Shown in pieces: positions 9,047-18,107 of a stretch of DNA of 24,527 nucleotides; position 1 is the stretch's first letter, and each line of letters starts with the position of its first letter. This stretch comes from Prevotella sp. (GTDB taxonomy: Bacteria > Bacteroidota > Bacteroidia > Bacteroidales > Dysgonomonadaceae), in contig JAITVV010000019.1 in NCBI GenBank assembly GCA_031285625.1, positions 1 to 24,527 of the forward strand, read 5' to 3'. Both the position numbers and the translations under genes were made by a program. The notes beneath the pieces were generated by a model. It was not told the DNA's origin. It saw only the letters and a program-made list of their open reading frames with translations, and searched no databases.

Positions 9047-10810
9047 ATGAAAAAGAATATATTAGGTATAATAATATCAGCTTCTGTACTGGTATTCTCC
9101 TCTTGTGAAGATTCCCTGGACAAAGTTCCTAAAACAGAAATTACAGCCAAAAATTATTTCAAAACGGCATCCGATCTGGAAACATATACCAATGGTCTCT
9201 ACCAGGCATTGATATCGGCACCGATTGACGATGTCGGATCAGACAATGTATCCATAAGCACCAATGCCAATACAATGTACACGATGGTAAACAGCGACGG
9301 TATCTCATCGAGCAATATTGGAGGCTGGGATACTAATGATTGGGCTAACTTGCGCAGGATTAATTATATGCTGAACAATATCCATCCTGATCAAATGGAA
9401 ATTTCAGGCGAAGATCTCAGGCATTATGTAGGTATTGCTAAATTCTTCAGAGGCAATTATTATTACAACAAGGTGAAGAATTATTCGTCCGTACCATTCT
9501 ACAATACCGCAATGGATCCGACAAGCGAAGATCTTTACAAGGCATCCGATTCGAGGGTGGTAGTTGTCGATTCGGTTATGCGCGATCTGGAATTTGCAGC
9601 CCGGTATATAAGACCTGTTATCGGCCAGCGTACACGCGTCAGCCAATATGCGGCGCTGGCCCAGCTGGCCAGGGTCAGCTTACATGAAGCGACATTTCGT
9701 AAGTACCATTCAAGTCTGGGGCTAATGGCATCCGCCAACACATATTTTGAAAAAGCAATAACAGTGTGTGAAGAAATTATCGTATCGGAGAAATTCCGGA
9801 TTCATGGGACAAATGCCCATGATTACAGCACGTTATTCTGTTCGTCCAAGTTAAGAGATAATAATGAGATCATTATGTTCATGGAATGCGATCAGACTTT
9901 GGGTAAAGGGAATAATTCCCATACCGTACTGGGCGAATATTGGGGACTCAGCCGTTCGCTGATGGAAACCTATCAAATGAAAGACGGAACTGACTTCAAC
10001 CCTGCTAATCCGGATGGTTCTCTCAAAACATATGTAGAGTTGTTCAAGGACAGGGATCCGCGTTTTGCAGAAACATTTGCATATCCGGGATTCAAGATTT
10101 CCCCTGAAATCGAATCGAGCGCACCTTATCGTCCCAAAATTACCTATGGAGGGTTTATCCAGTTGAAGTACTATCCCAAGGAAACAGCCCAACGCTTTGG
10201 ATGGAATATGAATTATACGTCTTTACCCCTGTTCAGGTATGCGGAGATACTGCTGATCTATGCTGAAGCTAAAGCCGAGTTGGGTACGCTTACCCAAGCC
10301 GATCTGGATAAATCCGTAAATCTGATAAGAGACCGAGCAGGAATGCCGAAAATCGTAATGTCATCAAATATACTGGAAAATATCCGTAGGGAAAGAAGAG
10401 TCGAACTGGCATGTGAAGGATTCCGTCTGGATGACATAAAACGCTGGGCAAAAGGTGAATTGTTAGGGCAAAAACCACAGGGCGTATATATCCATAAATT
10501 CGGAGCATTTGACGTAACGGGCGATGGTATTCCAGATATTGCAATATTACCTGATCCGGGCGATGAATCTTCAATTGCGGATTTACCTGAAAATGTCAGG
10601 GTGTCGCTTGTCAAGGAATATTTAAGGAACGCCAATGGGAAGGAGACAAGTATCTATCTGGACGGGGTTGATGGAAAATCAGGATATATAGAATTTTATA
10701 CGAGCAAAAGCCGGAAATGGACGGATAAATTTTATTTCACTCCAATCCCTAAACGGCAGATGCAATTGAATCCTAACCTGATACAGTCTCCGGGTTGGGA
10801 AAATAACTGA
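9047..10810 (+). CDS. susD: SusD/RagB surface lipoprotein
   Basis: Lipobox VFSS-C; FRYAEILLIYAEA, IRRERRVELACEGFRLDDIKRW and NPNLIQSPGW motifs. Confidence 0.97.
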   Translation: MKKNILGIIISASVLVFSSCEDSLDKVPKTEITAKNYFKTASDLETYTNGLYQALISAPIDDVGSDNVSISTNANTMYTMVNSDGISSSNIGGWDTNDWANLRRINYMLNNIHPDQMEISGEDLRHYVGIAKFFRGNYYYNKVKNYSSVPFYNTAMDPTSEDLYKASDSRVVVVDSVMRDLEFAARYIRPVIGQRTRVSQYAALAQLARVSLHEATFRKYHSSLGLMASANTYFEKAITVCEEIIVSEKFRIHGTNAHDYSTLFCSSKLRDNNEIIMFMECDQTLGKGNNSHTVLGEYWGLSRSLMETYQMKDGTDFNPANPDGSLKTYVELFKDRDPRFAETFAYPGFKISPEIESSAPYRPKITYGGFIQLKYYPKETAQRFGWNMNYTSLPLFRYAEILLIYAEAKAELGTLTQADLDKSVNLIRDRAGMPKIVMSSNILENIRRERRVELACEGFRLDDIKRWAKGELLGQKPQGVYIHKFGAFDVTGDGIPDIAILPDPGDESSIADLPENVRVSLVKEYLRNANGKETSIYLDGVDGKSGYIEFYTSKSRKWTDKFYFTPIPKRQMQLNPNLIQSPGWENN

Positions 10811-10834
10811 CCTGCCTGTCACGGATAAAAGACA

Positions 10835-10880
10835 TACAATACAAAGGTGTTCAAGATCTTTTAAATACCTTTGTATTGTA
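10835..10880 (+). terminator. Intergenic stem-loop after susD (partial terminator or mRNA stabiliser)
   Basis: TACAATACAAAGGT (10835-10848) and ACCTTTGTATTGTA (10867-10880), perfect 14-bp stem. Confidence 0.65.
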
Positions 10881-10903
10881 ATTTATGTACTAAAAAAATA
10901 AAT

Positions 10904-11818
10904 ATGAAGAAATATTTTATGCTAATACTTAGTATTGTACTTTACTTTTCCGGTATCGGTGCACAAACAGCGGACTCAAAACAGAAACGGGCCGGTCATG
11001 TTATTTTGATCGGGCTTGACGGTTGGGGAGCATACAGTGTGCCAAAAGCCGAAATGCCGAATGTAAAAAAGCAGATGGAGCAGGGATGTTACACTTTAAC
11101 GAAACGAAGTGTCTTCCCTTCATCCAGCGCAGCTAATTGGGCATCCATGTTTATGGGCGCAGGCCCGGAGCTTCACGGCTATACCGAATGGGGATCCAAG
11201 ACACCTGAATTTCCATCAAAAATCATTAAAAAGAATAATATATTCCCTACAATTTTCCAGCTTTTACGTGATAATGATCCTAAAGCCGGAATAGCCTGCT
11301 TTTATGAATGGGAGGGTATAAAATTCTTAGTAGATACAATATCCCTGGATTACCATGCCCAAGTTCCGGACTACAATAAACATCCGGATGCCCTATGTGA
11401 AATGAGTGTAAAATATATACTGGGGGAAAAACCTGAGTTATTGGCGGTTTGCTTTGACAATCCCGACCATACAGGGCATGAAGACGGACACGATACTCCC
11501 GCTTATTACTCAAAACTGAGAGAACTTGACGATTATATCGGTAGGATAATAAAAGCAACCGAACAAGCCGGTATCATTGATCAAACCGTTTTTATTATAA
11601 CATCCGATCATGGTGGAATTCAAAAAGGGCATGGAGGTAAAACCGTAGCGGAGATGGAAACTCCTTTCATTATAGCCGGAAAAGGGATTAAGCGAGGAGG
11701 ATGTTTCGAAGAAAGCATGATGCAATTTGACATAGCTTCTACTATTGCATACATCTTCGCATTGAAACAACCGCAGGTTTGGATAGGACGGCCTATGCTC
11801 AATGTTTTTGAGAAATGA
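10904..11818 (+). CDS. Secreted alkaline-phosphatase-superfamily enzyme (type I phosphodiesterase / nucleotide pyrophosphatase-like)
   Basis: Start reassigned to ATG 10904 (signal peptide MKKYFMLIL...). Metal motifs IGLDGWG, PDHTGH and TSDHGG; nucleophile region PSSSAANWASM. Confidence 0.85.
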   Translation: MKKYFMLILSIVLYFSGIGAQTADSKQKRAGHVILIGLDGWGAYSVPKAEMPNVKKQMEQGCYTLTKRSVFPSSSAANWASMFMGAGPELHGYTEWGSKTPEFPSKIIKKNNIFPTIFQLLRDNDPKAGIACFYEWEGIKFLVDTISLDYHAQVPDYNKHPDALCEMSVKYILGEKPELLAVCFDNPDHTGHEDGHDTPAYYSKLRELDDYIGRIIKATEQAGIIDQTVFIITSDHGGIQKGHGGKTVAEMETPFIIAGKGIKRGGCFEESMMQFDIASTIAYIFALKQPQVWIGRPMLNVFEK

Positions 11819-11883
11819 TGTAATAAATGATGATACAAAAACAAAAGAAAGCATACGGGCTATACGAACAAAAAATTATACGC

Positions 11884-14355
11884 ATGAATAAAAAATTTAT
11901 AATAGGACTTTTATTATTTATATCGGTCGGATTATCGGCCTCTCATCGGGGAAGGGTTTTCGTCGATGATAACAAGAATGGGTTGTACGATAAAAATGAA
12001 AGGCTCTTGAACGGGATTATGGTTACAGACGGATTAAATGTCGTAAAAACGAATTCGTCGGGAGAGTTTGAACTTCCCGGACATTCCCGGGAGCGCTTTA
12101 TTACAGTCACTACCCCATCCGGATATAAAACCGGTAGGACTCATTATATCCGGATAAATAGCGATATAGATTCCTATGATTTTGCCTTAAACGTATGGAA
12201 TACGCGTGTAGCGAAAGATGGTAGCCATAAGTTTGTCCAGATCTCCGACACCGAAATATTTAATACATCCGATCAGGAAAGATGGGTACAAGATATTCGT
12301 GATTATGCGAAAAATGAAGAGATAGCCTTTACAATACATACAGGTGATATTTGTTATGAAGATGGGTTGCGGAAGCATATAAAGCTTATGAACAGTAATG
12401 AGTTGGGTTGCCCCATGTATTATATAATCGGAAATCATGATCTGGTCAAGGGTGATTATGGAGAACAATTTTTCGAGAATATATATGGGCCTGTCTGGTT
12501 CTCCTTTGATTACGGTAATGTCCACTATATAGTCACCCCAATGCTTCAGGGAGATTACAGCCCAAGCTACAAAGAGGCTGATGTATACGAATGGCTGAAA
12601 AATGATTTGGCCCATTTAAGTGCAGGTACTCCGGTAATATGTTTCAACCATGATTTGAAATCCTATACGGACGAATTTGTCTTTAAGAAGAGCGATAATG
12701 AAAAACTGATACTTAGTGATTACAATCTGAAAGCCTGGATATACGGGCACTGGCACAACCATTTCGTACGCCGACAGGATAAAGTAAAAACCATCTCAAC
12801 TGCCACTCCCGACAAGGGTGGTATAGACCATTCGCCTGCGGCATTCAGAGTTATGTCGGTAGATACGAAAGGAAATGTGAGTACACAGTTGAGATATACT
12901 TATATCAAAAACAGTATCGTAGTAGCATCGATAGGAAACGGGGCAACTCCGGTTAGCGGCAAGGGACGAATCCCTTTATACGTAAATGCTTATAATTCGG
13001 TATCACCTATTGTAATGATCAATTATACTTTAAGCGATGAAAACAGAACAGTCAAGTCCGGTCAGGATTTAAAACAAAATTCGGACTGGACTTGGTATGC
13101 CGAAATCGATATTCCTGCGCAGAACTTCAATAAACAGTTGTTTATCGAAGTGTCATCCCTGAGTGGAAATGGCGAAATAGCTAAGATCCGGAAACCTTTC
13201 GTACATATCCCGGATCAAAAGCCGAACGTATGTATAGGCAATAACTGGACTACTTTATTAGGCAACCCGGAGCATAATGCTTACGGTACTGATTCGCTGA
13301 ATAAGCCAAAGCTGGAGTGGGTGAACAATGTTGGGGCTAATATATTCATGTCTTCGCCGTTAATATATGATAATACAATCTATGTAGCTTCTGTCGATGA
13401 AGACTTGGAGGGAAAATGTGGCCTGCATGCCTTGGGCATCAGGTATGGCGAACGGAAGTGGTTTTTCAGGACGCGAAACTCGATTAAGAATACAATAGCT
13501 GTTGAAGGTGATAATGTTTTTGCGCAAGATGCGGAAGGATATTTATATGCCGTTGATACGAAAACCGGGAAATTGTCATGGGAAAAAAAGTTGAAAATAA
13601 AGGGGCTACCTGTACTGGATAATGGATTGGCTGTGAGAAACGGATTGGTCTATGCCGGTACGGGAAAAGGGTTCGCAGCTTATGACAGTAAAACCGGGGA
13701 ACTAAAATGGACCAATACGGATTGGGAACAGGGAGAAGGAACAACAAGTACTGTTGCGGTAAATGACGATGTGGCTATAAACAGTGCTCAATGGCGTGGA
13801 ATGTATGCCAATGATGCTAAAACCGGTAAATTACTTTGGTCTCAGGGTAAAAACGGTATATCAAGCAGGGGAGCAAGCCCTGCTTTGCACGATGGATTAG
13901 CATACTTTATTTCTTCCGAATCTTTGTTTATCCTAGACATCCAATCCGGGAAAATCATATTGTCCAAAAAACTACCATATAGCGTTGATGTGACATCTAC
14001 CCCGCTTGTAACGGATAAGCTAATAATTTTTGGAACTGCCGGCAACGGCTTGGTTGCATTAGACCGGGAGAACTATGAAGAAAAGTGGAAGGTTAATACC
14101 ATGGAATCCCTGATCTATACAGCTCCTTATACACGCCATCCTGTAACAAGTATTGAAACCAGTCCTGTACGTTTTGGGAACCATGTTATTTTCGGAGCTT
14201 CCGATGGATATATTTATGCTATAAATATGGATAATGGAAAGGTCGACTGGAAGCATGGAACAGGAGCTCCTATTCTCAATTCTGTGGCGGTTTCCGGAAA
14301 TTCATTTTTTGCGGCAGATTTCGGAGGTAATGTATATGCATTTTCCTGTGAATAA
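11884..14355 (+). CDS. Secreted calcineurin-like metallophosphoesterase fused to a PQQ/BamB-like beta-propeller
   Basis: Start reassigned to ATG 11884 (signal peptide). N-terminal GRVFVDDNKNG domain; ISDTE, HTGD, IGNHD and GHWH motifs; C-terminal repeats such as YAVDTKTGKLSW and YAINMDNGKVDW. Confidence 0.88.
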   Translation: MNKKFIIGLLLFISVGLSASHRGRVFVDDNKNGLYDKNERLLNGIMVTDGLNVVKTNSSGEFELPGHSRERFITVTTPSGYKTGRTHYIRINSDIDSYDFALNVWNTRVAKDGSHKFVQISDTEIFNTSDQERWVQDIRDYAKNEEIAFTIHTGDICYEDGLRKHIKLMNSNELGCPMYYIIGNHDLVKGDYGEQFFENIYGPVWFSFDYGNVHYIVTPMLQGDYSPSYKEADVYEWLKNDLAHLSAGTPVICFNHDLKSYTDEFVFKKSDNEKLILSDYNLKAWIYGHWHNHFVRRQDKVKTISTATPDKGGIDHSPAAFRVMSVDTKGNVSTQLRYTYIKNSIVVASIGNGATPVSGKGRIPLYVNAYNSVSPIVMINYTLSDENRTVKSGQDLKQNSDWTWYAEIDIPAQNFNKQLFIEVSSLSGNGEIAKIRKPFVHIPDQKPNVCIGNNWTTLLGNPEHNAYGTDSLNKPKLEWVNNVGANIFMSSPLIYDNTIYVASVDEDLEGKCGLHALGIRYGERKWFFRTRNSIKNTIAVEGDNVFAQDAEGYLYAVDTKTGKLSWEKKLKIKGLPVLDNGLAVRNGLVYAGTGKGFAAYDSKTGELKWTNTDWEQGEGTTSTVAVNDDVAINSAQWRGMYANDAKTGKLLWSQGKNGISSRGASPALHDGLAYFISSESLFILDIQSGKIILSKKLPYSVDVTSTPLVTDKLIIFGTAGNGLVALDRENYEEKWKVNTMESLIYTAPYTRHPVTSIETSPVRFGNHVIFGASDGYIYAINMDNGKVDWKHGTGAPILNSVAVSGNSFFAADFGGNVYAFSCE

Positions 14356-14567
14356 CAAGTTATTAAAATTCGAAAACACCTTTTTTTCAGTAGATTAAAA
14401 TATAATATTTCATAAGTTACTGATAATCGTCTAAACTAAACTATTATAAATGAGTCCTAAATTTTGAAATCTGATACCTTTTGTTTGCTCCAACCAATAT
14501 TTGGTAGCTTCATTAACTGTTAGGTTATACCATTCAATACTGTAAATATTTTTATTTCACGTTATTA

Positions 14568-14850
14568 AATATTAAAATCTATTTATAGATAAAAAATGGA
14601 TACAGGTTCCTTAAAAACGGAGGAGTTGGCAGGGATGGTTTTCAGGCTGTTAAAAGAGCATCGCCGGCTGGCGGATTTTGAAACGAAAAGGGATGTGGAC
14701 AGATACGGGTACAGCAACCTGGTAGCCACATCCTTCCCTACGGTAACAGACGCTATTGCTTTCCTCAGGCAGTACAGGTCTGGACCTCCATCATAGCCGC
14801 TTTACCCAATATGCCAATGCAACGATGTTCGAGATCGCACTGAAATTAAT
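14568..14850 (+). repeat. Diverged direct repeat, copy 2
   Basis: Aligns with 1230-1528, with a 6-nt and an 11-nt deletion in the coding part. Confidence 0.95.
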
Positions 14851-14857
14851 CAAATAG
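14596..14857 (+). pseudogene. Frameshifted paralogue of the 91-aa ORF at 1257-1532
   Basis: An 11-nt deletion near 14775 (GATGAACCGGA missing) causes an early stop at 14796. The original tail LDLHHSRFTQYANATMFEIALKLIK* survives in another frame, ending at 14857. Confidence 0.85.
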
Positions 14858-14973
14858 TGTTTCTGAAAACATCCTGCCATATATGGTTTTATTAATGCGG
14901 CCTGCAAATTGCTTATGGATCTCGCCTCAAAAGGACAATGAGTACGTCTATATTTGGTTATTACTTATGGCCT

Positions 14974-15285
14974 ATTCAGGCTTTCTTTACTGGTAACCTG
15001 GGATTATTACCGACCGGCAGAAGACAAACACTAATTCCAACATAAGGCTATTGGAAGTTCCCAAGCGTATTATAGAAAAGTACAGGAGAATGGTAAAGGA
15101 TAAGTTCCGGGCAACAGTAACTGCAATACGAAGCTGAAAAAATAGGAGTACTATGTGGAATCAAGACTAAGCTGACATATCACCTCGCCTGATACAGCGG
15201 CTACCCTTATTTTTTATCGCAGGGGATATCTATTGAAACGGTAAGCAGGTTATTGGGGCATACCAATATCAAGACTATCCAATGC
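14974..15285 (+). pseudogene. C-terminal remnant of a Bacteroidales tyrosine integrase
   Basis: Translation across frameshifts gives IITDRQKTNTNSNIRLLEVPKRIIEKY, VPGNSNCNTKLK, GVLCGIKTKLTYHLA* and FLSQGISIETVSRLLGHTNIKTIQ. The HxxR Arg codon is a stop and the catalytic Tyr is missing. Confidence 0.9.
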
Positions 15286-15475
15286 ATTTTTCTATAAATT
15301 ACGGGCAGGCCACTACCTCCAACTATCAGCCGAAGGACTGTTTGTTTATCCTTTTTAAGTCCCCCCTCCTACTTTCCCTGATTACTTCGTTCACTTTTTC
15401 CTGTTCTCTTGCATTAATCACTATTGAGAAAGAGCTTCCTAAGGCAAGTCCCGGTTATGAAAAGGTATCAATTCT

Positions 15476-16564
15476 TTAAACCTTCCCCCTTGTCGATCCC
15501 AAAAAATACCGGTAACTGCGATAGGACCTGAAGCCGGCTTCAATGATTAATTCAATCTCACTCAAGCCATCATATTTGGACAGGCTGCGCATCCGTTCCA
15601 CTTCCTGCATCCGCAATGTGTTAATATACCGGCTAAAATTCATTCCGTATTCCTTATTGACAAATTCGGACATGTACTGGCGATTAGTACAGAATGGAAG
15701 CAGTAAATCTGTTATTTTTAGTTCAGGATCCAAATACGGTTTGTACTTATGCATATAGGTTTCAAAGGCAGTACGGTTCAGTCTTAATACCTCTTTTCCT
15801 TTACTTTCTCCGACAGGAGATGAAACTATTATATAATTTCCTCGCAGTAAATTGTAGCAAAGAACAGGATATAGTCCAATCGGCAAAGCCCGCCATAAAA
15901 AGGGAATAATATAATCTGCCAGTATATAACTGCCTGAAAACCGGGTCATCAGGAAAAACGAAACCAGTGACAGTACTATATAAAACAGGTGGAAGATCAA
16001 ATAAAGCGATACCACGGTACTTCGCCCATAATCCACAGAATGTTTGTCTGTTTTTCGGCGGAAACGGTTTAGTCTTCTTATTCCCATCCCGGTATATAAG
16101 GAAGTGAATACAATGCTGAATATAGCGGGGATAAACCGGGGAACAAACAGATATTGAAAATATTCTGGCTTCTTATTGCTATATTGTGTCCTATATTCCA
16201 TCCACAACAAGATTACCACTACTACAAGAGTTATTACAATGGGGAAAATATAGTGAAAGATAGAAAAGCGTTCTTTGATTCCCGTACCTGTCAGTAAAAA
16301 GACCAGATAATAGCCGCTAACCTGTGAAAATACCAGACTTATGTAAAATAGAGGATAAATACTGGCAAATACTGCCGGGGAGGAGACAACAAGCCATCTG
16401 CATACATTCATGCTATAATAAACGATCATGGTATATACTGGCTTGTTGTCTCTCTGCCTCTCTTCTTCAAGAAAGCAGTAACCAAGCGAGAGTAAAAGGC
16501 ATAAGAATGCCGTTAGTACCGGAAGCAGGTAACTGATTAGCTGAACAGTCTCACTCGCCACCAT
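15476..16564 (-). CDS. Membrane-bound AraC-family regulator (multi-TM sensor plus C-terminal HTH)
   Basis: About seven hydrophobic segments, then KPYLDPELKITDL...TNRQYMSEFVNKEYGMNFSRYINTLR...AGFRSYRSY. Confidence 0.88.
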   Translation of the reverse strand: MVASETVQLISYLLPVLTAFLCLLLSLGYCFLEEERQRDNKPVYTMIVYYSMNVCRWLVVSSPAVFASIYPLFYISLVFSQVSGYYLVFLLTGTGIKERFSIFHYIFPIVITLVVVVILLWMEYRTQYSNKKPEYFQYLFVPRFIPAIFSIVFTSLYTGMGIRRLNRFRRKTDKHSVDYGRSTVVSLYLIFHLFYIVLSLVSFFLMTRFSGSYILADYIIPFLWRALPIGLYPVLCYNLLRGNYIIVSSPVGESKGKEVLRLNRTAFETYMHKYKPYLDPELKITDLLLPFCTNRQYMSEFVNKEYGMNFSRYINTLRMQEVERMRSLSKYDGLSEIELIIEAGFRSYRSYRYFLGSTRGKV

Positions 16565-17714
16565 CTTTTTTCAAATTTATATTGTAGCCTTTCTTTGTCC
16601 AGAGTCGCTTTTGACGTTCCGCTTTGCAGCGCTGATAACTTCTAAGGCTTCCAAACCCGGACTGGAGAATAAGGTCAGCAGTTTTTTTACCGGCATTAGC
16701 CGGTAATGAGAGTAAGCGTTCCATTTCCTCCAGACGCAAAGCATTCAAATATTGACGAAAATTCATATTATAGGTTTCCCTGATAAACGCGGAAAAAGTA
16801 AACTGGTCAATACCCAACTCTTCAACCAGGGCGCCGGAGGAAATCCGAGGATTGGCATATAATTTGTTCTTTACAAAAAGAGTTTCAAAGTCTCGGCGTT
16901 TTAATACGAAACTTTCGGACTGCGGTATCAAGGTCGGTATATTTTCAGCCTCTTCTCCCTGCACAGCTACGTTTACCCCCCTCTTTTTACCGGGATCTTT
17001 AAATATTAGGTTACATGGGCATATCAGGTTATATATAAGGATGATAAATTGGGCTGAAACCAGTGTTGACCCCAGAAATTCCCATGGCATATATTTTCTG
17101 GCTGGCAGGAAAATAGGGATAGCTGTATCGAATAAAAGTAAAAAAGACAAAAAAGTCAATACTATTATCCAACGTGTAAGTACAGGCTTACTTTCAGGGG
17201 TTACAGATTGTAATTCCAGATTACGCTTAAACAACCTGTAGCAAGACGACATAAAGTAAAATAAGGATGATAGAAAATAACATGTAAGAAGCCATGTGGT
17301 AATCTGTTCTTCCGGATTGACCGGGGAAATATGAAAAATGAGGACGAAGACTCCAGAAAGAATGCCTAGTATTGCTGCAGGGAGGAAATGAAAGGACAGG
17401 AACCCGGGAACAGATTGCCTGTAAATTAGGCGACATATAAAAAGGTATAATGCCGCGGGAGCGCTCAGCACAAAGAAAACATGGACAGGAAGAATTACAT
17501 AAAATATGCTCCTGTCAAAGAAATACAGGAATATGCCTGTCCACATCCCCAGCATCAGAGAAAAATAAAGCATCAGAGACCGTTTTTGATTAGCCTCTTC
17601 ACTGGTTATACTGCCCCGGTAGGAAAGCAGTAACATTAGAAGTCCGGCTATAATAAATAGAGATGGCATGCAAAGTAAACTTAAATACATAATTTGCCGA
17701 ATCCAGTTATCCAT
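16551..17714 (-). CDS. Membrane-bound AraC-family regulator (multi-TM sensor plus C-terminal HTH)
   Basis: Multiple TM segments, then KLYANPRI...FSAFIRETYNMNFRQYLNALR...SGFGSLRSYQR; overlaps the next gene by 14 nt. Confidence 0.85.
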   Translation of the reverse strand: MDNWIRQIMYLSLLCMPSLFIIAGLLMLLLSYRGSITSEEANQKRSLMLYFSLMLGMWTGIFLYFFDRSIFYVILPVHVFFVLSAPAALYLFICRLIYRQSVPGFLSFHFLPAAILGILSGVFVLIFHISPVNPEEQITTWLLTCYFLSSLFYFMSSCYRLFKRNLELQSVTPESKPVLTRWIIVLTFLSFLLLFDTAIPIFLPARKYMPWEFLGSTLVSAQFIILIYNLICPCNLIFKDPGKKRGVNVAVQGEEAENIPTLIPQSESFVLKRRDFETLFVKNKLYANPRISSGALVEELGIDQFTFSAFIRETYNMNFRQYLNALRLEEMERLLSLPANAGKKTADLILQSGFGSLRSYQRCKAERQKRLWTKKGYNINLKKDGGE

Positions 17715-18107
17715 GACACAAATATATTATCAAAACAGTAAACCAAGATAGACAATAATCTGCTTTTAGCTGTTTCATCTTTACAAAATACCCAATCGCA
17801 GGTAATTAAATACTAAACTCTAAAATCAGGATTAGGATATAAATATCCTCATTCAGCATAAATTCACGTTGACAAATCGTAAAATAAGCCAGCGCCATAA
17901 TTATTTTTTTAATTATTATGACACCGTCAAGGGTGCAATAATTGCAATATTCTTAAGATAGCATATATCGCAGTATGCCTGTGGGACAAGACATTATACC
18001 TCACCTGTATTTTCGGGGAAACTTGACGCTATATCTTTTTATGGTTTTACGCAGCATTATGTAGGCCAAATGCTTTATTTGCATTGTTTTAAAATAGTAA
18101 TAAAGAA

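Noticed and set aside
10871-11883. ORF-track starts at 10871 and 11827
   Set aside because: The 10871 TTG lies inside the hairpin. ATG 10904 and ATG 11884 give proper signal peptides.
4329-14256. Many short antisense or alternate-frame ORFs inside fecR, susC, susD and the phosphoesterases
   Set aside because: They overlap well-supported genes and show no protein motifs.
13240-14355. PQQ-dependent dehydrogenase or BamB
   Set aside because: Only generic propeller repeats are visible, fused to a phosphoesterase, with no lipobox.
15282-15479. 65-aa ORF after the integrase remnant
   Set aside because: No recognisable motif or start context, and it begins within pseudogene debris.
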